DNA of 64,000 bases from assembly GCF_963921235.1 (NCBI RefSeq), contig NC_086108.1, forward strand, positions 15,624,001 to 15,688,000. The letters are read 5' to 3'. Source of the stretch: Mobula hypostoma. Taxonomy: Eukaryota. The translations under genes and the position numbers were made by a program. Under the pieces are notes generated by a model, which had not been told where the DNA came from, did no database searches, and saw nothing but the letters and a program-made list of their open reading frames with translations. This document shows positions 28,442 through 42,069 of this stretch, one piece after another; within the stretch, counting starts at the first letter, position 1; each line of letters opens with the position of its first letter.

Positions 28442-28902
28442 GTAAGTAAACTGGCATTTGCTGAGTTGTTCATGACAGAATTGACAGTGTGTGGGTCTTC
28501 CTGTTTGAATTGTCCACCTAGTACTGGTGAAAATAACCCCAGCAACAATAAAGAGCAAAGTGTAAACCCAAGACTTCTATGTTTGTGGAGACTGTAGATT
28601 ATGGAAATACAAACTGTTGGAAGGCCAGGCAGCATTGGTGGGTGTGAAGTGATTGTTGACATCTCTGGTCAAAACCCTGCATCAGGTCTGAGTGTATGTA
28701 GAAGGGAGATGGACAATATAAAGAGGTAGGCAGTTGGAGCCAGGTTGGGGGTGGGGGCGGGCACGGGGGATAGTGGAGTGGGGCTGGTGGGTAAAAAGTC
28801 AAGTAAGAAGGAGAAAGGATAAAAATGATCGTGCAACATTCTGCTGCAGTGACTGCAGTCATCCCCACCCTCCACTTTGCTACTGCGATCAGCAGTATGT
28901 AG

Positions 28903-29880
28903 TAGTCATAGTCATAGTCATAGTAATACTTTATTGATCCCAGGGGGAAATTGGTTTTCGTTACACTTGCACCATAAATAATAAATAGTAATAGAACCAT
29001 AAATAGTTAAATAGTAATATGTAAGTTATGCCAGTAAATTATGAAATAAGTCCAGGACCAGCCTATCCGCACGGGGTGTCTGACCCTCCAAGGGAGGAGT
29101 TGTAAAATTTGATGGCCACAGGCAGGAATGACTTCCTATAACGCTCTGTGCTACATCTTGGAGGAATGAGTGTCTGGCTGAATGTACTCCTGTGTCCACC
29201 CAGTACATTATGTAGTGGATGGGAGACATTGACCAAGATGGCATGCAACTTAGACAGCATCCTCCTTTCAGACACCACCGTGAGAGAGTCCAGTTTCATC
29301 CCCACAACATCACTGGCCTTACGAATAAGTTTGTTGATTCTGTTGGTGTCTGCTACCCTCAGCCTGCTGCCCCAGCACACAACAGCAAACACGATAGCAC
29401 TGGCCACCACATACTCGTAGAACATCCTCAGCATCGTCCGGCCGATGTTAAAGGACCTCAGTCTCCTCAGGAAATAGAGACGGCTCTGACCGTTCTTGTA
29501 GACAGCCTCCGTGTTCTTTGACCAGTCCAGTTTATTGTCAATTCGTATCCCCAGGTATTTGTAATCCTCCACCATGTCCACACTGACCCCCTGGATGGAA
29601 ACAGGAGTCACCGGTACCTTAGCTCTCCTCAGGTCTACCACCAGCTCCTTAGTCTTTTTCACATTAAGCTGCAGATAATTCTGCTCACACCATGTGACAA
29701 AGTTTCCTACAGTAGCCCTGTACTCAACCTCATCTCCCTTGCTGATGCATCCAACTATGGCAGAGTCATCCAAAAACTTCTGAAGATGACAAGACTCTGT
29801 GCAGTAGTTGAAGTATGAGGTGTAAATGGTGAAGAGAAAGGGAGACAAGACGGTCCCCTGTGGAGCCCCAGTGCTGCTGA
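28903..29880 (-). mobile_element. Rex1/Babar-like LINE 3' part, relatively young, with (GACTAT)n tail
   Basis: 261-aa ORF containing SPFLFTIYT, QKFLDDSAIVG, LNVKKTKELVVD, QSRLYFLRRLRSF. Confidence 0.9.
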
Positions 29881-29999
29881 TACAGCAAGCACTTCAAACC
29901 ACTGGAAAAATAACAGCAACAGCATCCCTGCAAAATCTTCCAAGTTCCCTAGAAGGAAAGGGGGCCCCCTCCCACCAGATGGTACCTCCTGCATTGAGT

Positions 30000-30375
30000 C
30001 CCTAGTTACATTCAGTCCACTCCTTTGACATGCCTAAAGCCAGACTTCCAAAACAGGAACTTTATCCTAAGCACTGTGTGATAAGAGATTACCAGGTGCT
30101 CAGAGTAAATGATTCAAGGACATTTTCAAAGCCGTCCTGAAGAAATGCAATGCCCCCACTGATTACTGGGGTCTCTGACCCTTGAACCCAACCCTTAATA
30201 AAGTATGAGAAAGGATGTTGTGAACCTCAGATCCATGTTACAGGAGTGCACAGGATAAATGGTGGAAGGAGCACATCACCTCACAACATACCCAGCTATT
30301 AGACTTCTCTTGCCCTTTCTGTGACAGTTAGCAGACCCCATTTTGGCTGCATCAATCACCTGGAAATCCACAAAG
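30000..30375 (+). mobile_element. Degenerate RTE-like LINE 3' fragment
   Basis: Encodes a MP..RLPKQ.LY...RFKDI.KA.LKKC-like segment and a terminal zinc-finger-like remnant. Confidence 0.5.
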
Positions 30376-31324
30376 TCAATTAGAACATAGGCCAGTACAG
30401 CACAGTAACAAGTCTGTGGCCTATGATAGTAATTCAAGTTGCACATGGTCTATATTCCTCAGTTCCCTGCTTGTTGATGTACCTGTCTAAATGCCTCTTA
30501 AACATTGCTATTGTACTTGCTTCCACCACTTCCCCCGACCACAATGCTCCAGGTACCTACCAAACTCTCATTAAAAGAAAATGGCCTCACAAATCTCCTT
30601 TAAACTTTTTTTCCTTTCACCTTAAAATGGGGCTTTCTAGTATTTCACATTTCCACTGTCTATACCTCTCAGAATTTCATATATTTCTAACATGTCACCC
30701 CTCAGCAGCTGACACCCAACATCCTGGTGATCCTCTCCTGCACCCTCCCCAAAGCCTCCACATCCTTCCTGTAATGGGTGACCAGAAATGCACACAATAT
30801 TCCAAGTGCAGCTGCAACTTAGCTTTCCAACCTTTATATTCAATACCCTGGCCTCAAACAGGCGTTTGAGGTCAGGGTGAACGTTAAGAAAGATGAGGTA
30901 CTGGTACTTCAAAAAAACAGAAGTTCAAAAATTAAATATATTATTAAAGTGCACAAATGTCAACATTTTCTACCCCAAGATTCATTTTCTTCCAGGCATT
31001 TACAGTAAGTACAAAGACACAATAAAATCACTGAAAAATCTGACAACTCTGTTGTAATTCTTTGAATAAGTAATGAGCAAGAGAGACAAAGGAGAATTGG
31101 TTGATGATGTGTACTTGGATTTTCAGAAGGCATTTGACAAGGTGCTTTGACATTTTCTTTAGATTAATTATGAGAACACTCAGTCCTCATTTATTGTCAT
31201 TTAGAAATGCATGCATGAGGCTGCTTAACAAGCTACGTGCCCCTTGGTATTACAGGAAAGATTCTAGCATGGATAAAACAATGGCTGATTGGCAGGAGGT
31301 GATGAGTGGGAATAAAAGGAGCCT

Positions 31325-31456
31325 GTGCTGCGGAAGAGTCTCTGCCCGAAATGTCGACTGTACTTTTTCCTATAGATGCTGTCTGGCCTGCTAAGTTCCT
31401 CTAGCATTTTGTGTGTTTTGTTTGGATTTCCGGCATGTGCAGATTTTCCCTTGTTT
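31325..31456 (+). mobile_element. 132-bp solo Penelope-like 3' end with 13-bp TSD
   Basis: TSD ataaaaggagcct (31312-31324) / ataagaggagcct (31457-31469); degenerate hammerhead at the start, tail at the end. Confidence 0.75.
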
Positions 31457-32077
31457 ATAAGAGGAGCCTTTTCTGTTGGCTGCTGATGACTAATGGTGTT
31501 CCACAGGGGTCTGTTTTGGGTCTGAGTCTTTTTACATTATATGTCAATGATTTGGATGATGCAATTGATGGCTTTGCTGCAAAGTTTGCAAACAATATGA
31601 GGATAGGTGGAGGGGCAGGTAGTTTTGAAGAAGTCGAGAGGCTACAGAAGAACTTAGACAGATTAGGAGAATGGGCAAAGAAATGGCAGATGGAATACAG
31701 TGTCAGGAAGTGTATGGTCATGCACTTTGGTAGAAGAAATGAAAGGGTTGACTATTTTCAAAATGGTGAGAAAATACAAAAATTTGAGTTGTAAAAGGAT
31801 TTGGGAGTTCTTGCGCAGGATTCCTTAAAGGTTAATTTATAGGTTGAGTCTCTGGTGTGGAAGGCAAATGCAATATTGGCATTTATTTCAAGAGAACTAA
31901 AATATAAAAGCAAGGATGTAATGTTGAGACTTTATAAAGCACTGGTGAGATTTCACTTAGAGTACTGTGAGCACTTTTGGGCCTCTTATTGTAGAAAAGA
32001 TATGCTGAAACTGGAGCAACATACATAAAAGTTGCTGGTGAACGCAGCAGGCCAGGCAGCATCTCTAGGAAGAGGTG

Positions 32078-32115
32078 CAGTCGACGTTTCAGGCCGAGAC
32101 CCTTCGTCAGGACTA
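32078..32115 (-). ncRNA. Minimal type I hammerhead ribozyme
   Basis: Same 38-nt motif with an intact core. Confidence 0.8.
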
Positions 32116-32829
32116 ACTGAAGGAAGGGTGAGCAAGGGATTTGAAAGTTGGAGGGGGAGGGGGAGATCCAAAATGATAGGAGAAGACAGGAGGGGGAGGG
32201 ATAGAGCCAAGAGCTGGACAGGTGATAGGCAAAAGGGATATGAGAGGATCATGGGACGGGAGGTCTGGGAGAAAGACAAGGGGGGGGACCCAGAGAATGG
32301 GCAAGGGGTATATTCAGAGGGACAGAGGGAGAAAAAGGAGAGTGAGAGAAAGAATGTGTGTATAAAAATAAGTAACAGATGGGGTACGAGGGGGAGGTGG
32401 GGCCTTAGCGGAAGTTAGAGAAGTCGATGTTCATGCCATCAGGTTGGAGGCTACCCAGACGGAATATAAGGTGTTGTTCCTCCAACCTGAGTGTGGCTTC
32501 ATCTTTACAGTAGAGGAGGCCGTGGATAGACATTTCATCTTTACAGTAGAGGAGGCCGTGGAATGACTTATTTTTACACACACATTCTTTCTCTCACTCT
32601 CCTTTTTCTCCCTCTGTCCCTCTGAATATACCCCTTGCCCATCCTCTGGGATCCCCCCCCCCACCTTGTCTTTCTCCCCGATCTCCTGTCCCATGATTCT
32701 CTCATATCCCCTTTGCCAATCACCTGTCCAGCTCTTGGCTCCATCCCTTCCCCTCCTGTCTTCTCCTATCATTTTGGATCTCCCTCTCCCCCTCCCACTT
32801 TCAAATCTCTTACTAACTCTTCCTTCAGT

Positions 32830-32867
32830 TAGTCCTGACGAAGGGTCTCGGCCTGAAACGTCGACTG
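32830..32867 (+). ncRNA. Minimal type I hammerhead ribozyme (sense to RABGAP1L)
   Basis: tagtcctgacgaagggtctcggcctgaaacgtcgactg. Confidence 0.8.
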
Positions 32868-33513
32868 TACCTCCTCCTAGAGATGCTGCCTGGCCTGCTG
32901 CGTTCACCAGCAACTTTTATGTGTGTTGCTTGAATTTCCAGCATCTGCAGAATTCCTGTTGTATGCTGAAACTGGAATGGGTTCAAAGGATGTTCACAAA
33001 AATGAATCCAGGATTGAATGACTTGTCATGTGAAAAGTGTTTGATGGCTCTAGGCCTGTGTCTACTCGAATTCAGAAGGATGAGGGGTGACGGAATTGAA
33101 ACCTATCGAATGGTGAAAGGCCTTAATAGAGTGGATGTGGAGAGGATGTTTCCTATGATGGGAGAGTCCTGAGAATAGAGGGACATCCTTTTAAAACCGA
33201 GATGTGGAGGAATTTCTTTAGCCAGAGAGTGACGAATATGTGGAATTCTTTGCCACAGGCAGCTGTGGAGGCCAAGTCTTTATGTATATTTAAGGTAGAT
33301 AGATTCTTCATTGGTCAGGGCATGAAGGGATATGGGGAGAAGGCTGGAGGTTGGTGCTGAGAAGATTGGATCAGCCATGATGAAATGGTGGAGCAGACTC
33401 GATGGGCCAAATGATCTAATTCTGTTCCTATAGCTTGTAGTCTTATGGTCTTAAAAACTGTACATAACAAAAATGGACAAATAACGAAGTGCAAAAGACA
33501 ACGAACTCCAAGT

Positions 33514-34490
33514 ATTGAATTGAATTGGCTTTATTACTTACATCCTACATATACCTGAGGAGTAAAAATCTTTACGTTACATCTCCATCTAAATATGTAT
33601 CTTTAGTAATTTATAGTAAGTATTATGTACAACAGAATAGTTGATATGACATAGAAATACAGTTGCATCAGCATTAATTAAGCAGTCTGATGGCCTGGTG
33701 GAAAAAGCGTCCCAGAGCCTGAAGGTCCTGGCTATTATGCTACGGTACTGTTTTCTGGATGGTAGCAGCTGAAGCAGTTTGTGGTTGGGTGACTCGGGTC
33801 TCCAATGATCCTTCGGGCCCTTTTTACACACCTGTCTTTGTAAATGCCCTGAATACTGGGAAGTTCACATCTACAGATGCGCTGAGCTGTCCGCATCACT
33901 CTCTGCAGAGTCCTGCGATTGAGGGAAGTACAGTTTCCATACCAGGCAGTGATGCAGCCAGTCAGGATGCTCTCAATCATGGCCCAATAGAAAGTTCTTA
34001 GAATTTGGGGGACCATTCCAAACTACTTCAACCTTCTGAGGTGGAAGAGGCACTGTTGTGCCTTTTTCACCACATAGCCAGTACGTACAGAACACGTGAG
34101 ATCCTCGGTGACGTTTATGCTGAGGAACTTAAAGCTGTTCACCCTCTCAACCCCAGATCCATTAATGTCTATAGGGGTTAGCCTGTCTCCATTTCTCCTG
34201 CTGTCTAGAACCAGCTCCTTTGTTTTTGCGACATTGAAGGAGAGGTTGTTTTTTTGACAGCACTGTGTCAGGGTAATGACTTCTCCTCTACAAGTTGCCC
34301 CATCATTATTTGAGATTAGGCCAATCAGTGTAGTGTCGTGAGCAATTTTAATTAGCAGATTGGAGCTGTGGGTGGCGACACAGTCATGTGTAGACAGAGA
34401 GTAAAAGAGGGGGCTTAATAGACAGCCCTGAGGGGCACCTGTGTTGAGCGTCAGAGGGGCAGAGGTGAGCAAGCCCACTCTTACCACCTG
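33514..34490 (-). mobile_element. Rex1/Babar-like LINE 3' part with (TTCAA)n tail
   Basis: LNTGAPQGCLLSPL, NVAKTKELVLD, KKAQQCLFHLRRLK, IESILTGCITAWYG. Confidence 0.88.
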
Positions 34491-34769
34491 CAGGCAAAAA
34501 GAAGGAAAAAAATTAAAATAATAATAAATAAATAATCAATAAATATATAGAACATGAGTTGTAGAGTCCTTAAACGTGAGTTCAATGGTTGTGGAATTAG
34601 TTTAGTGTTGGGGTGAGTGAAATTATCCCTTCCAGTTTAGGAGCATGATGATTGAGGGGTAATAACTGTCCCTGAACCTGGTGGTGAGGGACCTGAGGCT
34701 CCTGCACCTCCTTCCTGATGGCAGCAGCAAGCAGAGAGCATAGCCTAGATGGTGGGGTCTTTGACAAGT

Positions 34770-37700
34770 CCTCAGAGCCTGCTGAGATATACCCCAGGTA
34801 CTACAGGAAGCGAGAGAAGAGATTGCTGCACCTTTGGTGATGATCTTTGTGTCCCCACTGGTCACAGGAGTGGTACCAGATGAATGGAGGGTGGTAAATG
34901 TTATTCCTTTGTTCAAGACAAGGTGTAAGAATAACCCTAAGTATAGACTAGTGAATCTTACTTCAGTGTTGGGTAAATAATTGGACAACTTCCTTAGAGT
35001 GAGGATTTATGAGCATTTGGAGAAGCATAGTCTGATTAGGGATGGTCAGTATGGCTTTGTGAGAAGCAAGTCATGCTTCATGAGCATAGTTCCCTCTAAG
35101 CTGTGCGCGTGTGCACACGCACACGTTTTTCAACCAGCACACAAAGGAAATTAATGTACGCACAAAAGGTTAGTTACCTAAAATAATGTAATTAATAATT
35201 ATACTTATTGAAAATAATCTTCTACCTAACTGTTTCTGTTAACTAGTTAGTCGGTTTTTCAAATACCACAATGCACGTCACTAATTTACGTCACCTCACC
35301 TTTCCTGTTCCGGTTTGTACAGCTGCATCACGGCGGCAGCCATGTTTGGCGGACAGTGTTCATATCGTAAAGTTTACAAAGATCTGTGTCAAGTCCTGTA
35401 GATAGCTTACTAAGTTTTTATTGAAAAAAGTATTGATTCACTATGTCGAATTCAAAAGAAGCGAAGGGCATGAAGCGCAAAAGAACTGCAAATTTGTTTA
35501 AAGTTGAATGGCTTAACAAAATAGTAGAAACTGCTACACCGAAAGCTCATGAGGTCATGAACATTCCGCTACGAGAAATATTTATGTATGGTTCGGAAAC
35601 TGGAGTTATCTGTTTGTATTGTCATGATGCGAAAGTTGCTGGAGAATTTGCTAGTGGAAAGAAGTGGGATGATATTTGGAAACTTGACTTTTTGAAGCAC
35701 ATTTGACAAGGAAATCGCTTTTGGATGGTGTGCAAAAGCTCAGGCAACAGAACCCGTCATTACCCATTACAGGAGTGCTACGCATGTTACGGTTGAGTGC
35801 AGATGAGCGAGAACGAAAACGATCAAACCCAGAAGAGATCAAAGTTGAGCTACAAGAATGGTCAGCTTTTGATTTCTCCGCAACTGCAGATTGTGACTCC
35901 ACATTTGGCGATGAACAGGTTAATGTTTTATGTCTAAAATATCATGATTTTCTAGCTGAAAATACTGTAATAGTTAGACAGTTTAATGATTTCAAATTTT
36001 CCATTCAAGAAAAAATTAAATCCAAATTGATTCCAAACTCTGCTCAAACGGTGGCATTTGTACTTCAAAATGAACAGTTTTGCGACCTTGCACAGTTGAT
36101 GGACATTGGGGGAATCTTTCTTGCGTCTAGTGCGGACTGTGAGCGAGGTTTTAGACTAATGAATCAACTCAAAAACAAGCTGAGAAACTGTTTAGGTGAA
36201 TGTCATTTGGATATGTTAATGAGAATCAAAAGCTATCAATTGGATGGAAGTTCTATTAGTCTAGACAGAGTTTACAAAGAATGGGTAAATGCCAAAGACA
36301 GGAGAGAGAAAAAATAACAGTGACTTAAATATGTATGTTATTTTGTTGTTATTCTGTGCAATTTTATGTCAAATATTTTGTAAACCTACATAAAGTGTAC
36401 CACGTGTGCATTCAGTGTGCACATGCTTTTGTCACAGGAAAAAAAATTGCACAACATAAGATTTTTGCCCACACTAACTACTAAAAATTAGAGGGAATAT
36501 TGCTCATGAACTTGAAGAATTCTTTGAGACGGTGTCAAAGCACATTAATGAAAACAAGAGCAGCAGATATGGTGTATATAGATTTTAATTAGATGCTTGA
36601 TAAGGTTCCTCATGATAGGCTTCTTCAGAACATCAGATATCCCGGAATCTAGGGAAACTTGGTTGTGTGGATTCATAATTGGCTTTATCAGAGAAGGTGT
36701 TAGTAGATAAAATCTAGAGGTCAGTGACCAGTGGTGTTCCACAGAGATCTGTTCTGGGACCCCTGCTTTCTGTGATTTTTATAAATGACTTGGATGAGGA
36801 AGTGGAAGGGTGAGTTAGTAAGTCTGTAGATGAAATGAAGGTTGGTGGAGTTATGAATAGTCTGGAGGGTAGTTGTAGGTTGCAGCAAGACTGTCAGGTT
36901 ATAAAACGGGGTAGAGAAGTGGCAGATGGAGTTCAACCTAGAAAAATGTGAAATAATTCATTTTGGAAGGTTGAATTTGAAAGCAGTATACAGGGTTATG
37001 GCAGGATGCTTGGCAGTGTAGAGGAACTGAAGGATCTAGGGGGTCATGTCTATAGTTCCCTCAAAATTGCGTCGCAAGTTGTTAGAGTTGTTAAGAAGAC
37101 GTGGTGTGTTGACCTTCATTAGTTCTGGAATAGTGTTCGAGAGCCATGAAGTAATGTTGTAGCCCTGTAACACCCTAGTTAAACCACACTTGGAATATTG
37201 TGTTCAGTTCTGGTCGCCTCATTGTAAGAAGGATGTGGAAGCTTTAGAGAGGGTGCAGAGGAAATTTGCCGGGATACTACCTGGAATAGAGGGCATTTCT
37301 TATGAAAGTAGGTTAAGTGGGCTAGGAATTTCTCTTTGGAGCAAAGGATGATGAGAGAAGACTTCATAAAGGTGTACAAGATGATGAGAAGCATAGATCA
37401 AATATATAGTCGGAGACTTTTCCCAGGATGCAAATGGCTAATACAAGTGGGCTTAATTTTAAGGTGATTGGAGGAAAATATAAGAGGGATGTCAGAGGTA
37501 AGTTTTTTTTTATTTTGAGGGTCATAGATGTGTGGAACCAGGGATGGTGGTAGAGGCAGATTCATTTGGGGCATATAAGAAAAATAGATAGGCAATGTGT
37601 GATAGAGAAATGGGGGGCTATGTAGAAGGGAAGGGTTAGATTGATCTTAGAGTAGGATAAAAGGTTGGCACAACATTGTGGGCTGAAGGGGCTGTATTAG
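34770..37700 (+). mobile_element. Decayed CR1 LINE split by a hAT insertion
   Basis: RT motifs continue on both sides of 35085-36502 (QYGFVRSKSC | ...EFFE). Confidence 0.8.
35085..36502 (+). mobile_element. Internally deleted hAT DNA transposon
   Basis: Terminal inverted repeats catagttccctctaa / ttagagggaatattg; 8-bp TSD ttcatgag / ctcatgaa; N-terminal zinc-finger-like ORF 35443-35706 (ICLYC..W..WK) and hAT dimerisation motif SSADCERGFRLMNQLKNKLRN in 35703-36317. Confidence 0.88.
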
Positions 37701-39300
37701 AAATAGAAATAGAATAGTACTGCACAGTACAAGCCCTTCAGCCCACAATATTGTGCCGACCTTCAAACCCTGCCTCCTATATAAACCCCCACCTTAAATT
37801 CCTCCATATACCTGTCTAGCAGCCTCTTAAACTTCACTAGTGTATCTGCCTCCACCACTGACTCAGACAGTGCATTCCATGCACCAACCACTCTCTGAGT
37901 AAAAAGCCTTCCTCTAATATCTCCCTTGAACTTCCCACCCCTTACCTTAAAGCCATGTCCTCTTGTATTGAGCAGTGGTGCCCTGAAGAAGAGGCGCTGG
38001 CTGTCTACTGTATCTATTCCTCTTAATATCATGTCTCCTCTCCAAAGAGTAAAGCCCGAGCTCCCTTAATCTCTGATCATAATCCATACTTTCTAAACCA
38101 GGCAGCATCCCGGTAAATCTCCTCTGTACCCTTTCCAATGCTTCCACATCCTTCCTATAGTGAGGCGACCAGAACTGGACACAGTACTGCAAGTCTGGCC
38201 TAACTAGAGTTTTAAAGAGCTGCATCATTACCTCGCAACTCTTAAACTCTATTCCTCGACTTATGAAAGCTAACACCCCATAAGCTTTCTTAACTACCCT
38301 ATCTACCTGTGAGGCAACTTTCAGGGATCTGTGGACATATACCCCCAGATCCCTCTGCTCCTCCACACTACCAAGTATCCTGCCATTTACTTTGTACTCT
38401 GCCTTGGAGTTTGTCTTTCCAAAGTGTATCACCTCACACTTCTCTGGGTTGAACTCCATCTGCCACTTCTCAGCCCACTTCTGCATCCTATCAATGTCTC
38501 TCTGCAATCTTCGACAATCCTCTACACTATCTACAACATCACCAACCTTTGTGTTGTCTGCAAACTTGCCAACTCACCCTTCTACCCCCACATCCAGGTC
38601 GTTAATAAGAATCACAAAAAGTAGAGGTCCCAGAACCGATCCTTGTGGGACACCACTAGTCACAACCCTCCAATCCGAATGTACTCCCTCCACCATGACC
38701 CTCTGCCTTCTGCAGGCAAGCCAATTTTGAATCCACCTGGCCAAACTTCCCTGGATCCCATGCCTTCTAACTTTCTGAATAAGCCTACTGTGTGGAACCT
38801 TGTCAAATGCCTTACTAAAATCCATGTAGATCACATCCACTGCACTACCCTCATCTATATGCCTGGTCAATTCCTCAAAGAACTCTATCAGTCTTGTTAG
38901 ACACGATCTGCCCTTCATAAAGCCATGCTGACTATCCCTGATCAGACCATGATTCTCTAAATGCCCGTAGATCCTATCTCTAAGAATCTTTTCCAACAGC
39001 TTTCCCACCACAGACATAAGGCTCACTGGTCTATAATTACCCGGACTATCCCTGCTACCTTTTTTTGAACAAGGGAACAACATTTGCCTCCCTCTAATCC
39101 TCTGGTACCATTCCCGTGGCTAACGAGGACATAAGGATCCTAGCCAGAGGCTCAGCAATCTCTTCCCTTGCCTCGTGGCCGGGCCTGTGGACTTATCTGT
39201 CCTAATGTATTTTAACAACTCCAACACCTCCTCTCCCTTAATATCAGCATGCTCCAGAACATCCACCTCACTCATATTGTCCTCACCGTCATCAAGTTCC
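37700..39300 (-). mobile_element. CR1 LINE, 5'-truncated
   Basis: [54 protein letters not shown]. Confidence 0.92.
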
Positions 39301-40087
39301 CTCTCATTGTCCTCTATTGCTCTATGTTCATTAAAGGCAAGCTGCACCATATGCATTCTTGCACCCCAAGATCCTTCTGTATATCAATACTTCTTAGGGT
39401 CCTGCCATTTACAGTATATTCTCCTCTTGTAATTAAATTTCCAATGTGCTCACACTTGGAGGATCACCTTTGACTCTAAGGGAGTGCATTAGAAGGAAGT
39501 TTTTTTTGTGATTGCATATTGCAAGGACAGATGGATTACACAGAACACTCACCGAATCATCAGAACCTGAGAACTTACAGCTTCGATAATGTCGTATATT
39601 TAGTTTTATTATCTCACACCATGACTTTGATGACTGTGATGCTCTGTGCATAAGCGTGCTTTTATAATGAGAAAGAAATCCTTTTATTTTACATTTCCTG
39701 ACCCTGTGGAGATCCCAGTGTGCATCCCATAAATGACAGCCTGTCAAATAAGTGGCCAGCACTCCTTACTCTGTGTCAGAAGGTGATGTGTTTGTTGTTT
39801 CTCTGGGTGCTTGCAGTAAAGGAATTAAAACAGAAATACTCAGTAGGTAAGAAATCGAGTTAACCTTTCAGGTCAGTGACTCTGCAACAGAACTCCAGCT
39901 TGGAATGCAGAAATTTTGACTGTTGACTTTCCTACGTGATATCAATAACTGCACTTCAGACTGAGTCTCTGACTACCTTGGGAACTCATGTTCATCCAGA
40001 AGCTCAGTTACAAACTGTTGCCTTCATCAGGACAATGTGGCAGTAAACTACTCATTTTCTAGAGTGAACGGCCATTCCTGATTATAA

Positions 40088-40470
40088 GAGATTCTGCAGA
40101 TGCTGGAAATCCATTACAGCACACAAAATCCTGGAGGAACTCAGCATTTCAGGCAGCATCTATGGAGAGAAATAAACACTCGATATTCGGGGCAAGACCC
40201 TTCATTAGAAATGAAAAGAAAGGGGTAGGAAGCCTGATTAAGAAGTTGAGCTCAGGGAAAGGAGTACAAGCTGGGAGGTGATAGATGAAGCCAGGTGAGG
40301 GGGAAGGTGGATTGGTGGGGGAAAGGGTATGAAATAAGAAGCTGGCAGATGATAGGTGGAAGAGGTAAAGGGCTGAAGAAGAAAGAATCTGAAATGAGAG
40401 GAGAGTGGACCATGGGAGAAAAGGGATGATGCAGGGGCACTAGGGAGAGGTAATGGGCATGTGAGGAGAA
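40088..40470 (-). mobile_element. Old Penelope-like 3' repeat
   Basis: agattctgcagatgctgga...ggcagcatctatgg, degenerate hammerhead, purine-rich tract. Confidence 0.65.
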
Positions 40471-42069
40471 GAGGAGGAGTCATTCCTGGTTCCTGTATTG
40501 GGACAAGTGGAATGCCACCTTTCTCCTTTTGCTAATTGCAGGGTAATTTGGGCCATATTGACCTGGGATTCTTGAGTACTCCAGGTTATCTTGCAGTGGT
40601 GCCATATTGAGGTCCCATATGGGTCAGTCAGTAGGGAAAATAGAAAATGTTGCAAACATTTATCAGGTCGGGTCTCATCTATGGAGATAGAATCATTCAA
40701 CATTGCAGATTTGTGACCCTTAGTTCATGGAGCAATAAGTTTAGTGGGGCAAGAGCAGGCTGAAACAGTCCTGTTTGTGTATCTTGAGCAGAAGATAGAA
40801 GCAGGCTGAGTGAGGCTGAGGCATCTCAAGGTTAGAAGTTGTGGAGGGAAGATCACTTGAGGAAAACTAGTTAGAACACTTCAATTACGTGTCCTGCTAG
40901 TCCTCATTAACCAGCCTGCCCCCACCATTCTTCAGATGACAGCTCCACCTCACTCAGAGTCATAAAGTGAAAGGGAGATGCAACACTGACACTAACTCTT
41001 CAGCCCATTTATTCAGCCGCTGCCAACCTCCCATTTATTCTCCCCACATTCCCATTGGCAACTGACTCAATTTCTTTGCATAATGCCAATTTTCTATAAT
41101 TGTGTAAAGGATGCTGAACCTTTATTCTTCAATATCACACTTCATTTAACTTGTTGGGCATCTGTCAATTAGAAACATTCTAAAATGAGCTTGTGTTGGC
41201 AGTCTATCTTGATCTGGAGTGCTGTCTGCCTGGAATTTTCACATTCTTCCTATGACTGTGTGTTTCACCTAAATCAAAGGTTGGAAGGTTCATTATCAAA
41301 GCATATATCCAAATACAACTCTTATGCTCTGTTTACTCTCACATCCCAGAAATGTGTGGTTTGTTGGGTTAATTGGATGGTGTCATTTGTGTAGAATCTG
41401 GCAGGTGCAATTTGACTGCAAATCTGTGGTTGACAGTCAATACAAACTTGTTTCCATGTTAAACCCAATAACTAATGACTCCCAATCCCCTCATGTTGTT
41501 TCTAGTTAACCTACCAATCCGCAGTCCTTAAGATGGGGAAGAAAACTGGTGTACACAAAACTCACACAGGGAGAATGTGTAAACTCCACACCAACAGCAT
41601 TGTGGATCAAGATTGAACCAAGACTGCTGGAGCTGTCAGGGAACAGCTCGACTGGAGGCTCATGGTGTTGTCCCGATCTGCTTGCCCCCACGTTCCCCCC
41701 AATGAAAATGCCAGTGGCAATTTCTTAAAGTATCTGTACTGCCAAGTACCCAACAGTTAGTCTCCACCTTATGCCGACCACCTAATAACCCCAATCCTAT
41801 CTCCTGCCAGGCTCCTGAAGTACTCCCCTTCTCCTGGTCTCCCAGAGGAGAACCAGGCACAGTGCCTGGTTACTACTGTCTGTAGAATCCACAGACCTCT
41901 AGGCAACTGCTGCATAGTCACTTAGATAATAACTAATTGAAAGAGAGGTATCTTGAGGCTTTCCTGCTACAAACACTGGGCAGTGCTGAGCAACTACAGC
42001 CCTCTAGAAGATTCAACTTGCAGATTAGGTGTTATACCAGGCCCATTCCGTAGATATAAAGTTGAACAT

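Larger units (their letters stand above)
32016..32961. mobile_element. Penelope-like inverted two-arm insertion with perfect 15-bp TSD
   Basis: Arm 32016-32562 (-) and arm 32566-32961 (+); TSD tatgctgaaactgga at 32001-32015 and 32962-32976. Confidence 0.92.
31100..33453 (+). mobile_element. CR1 LINE hosting two Penelope-like insertions
   Basis: [32 protein letters not shown]; reading resumes after 32976 (LEWVQRMFTKM) and ends in tcttatggtctta. Confidence 0.88.
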
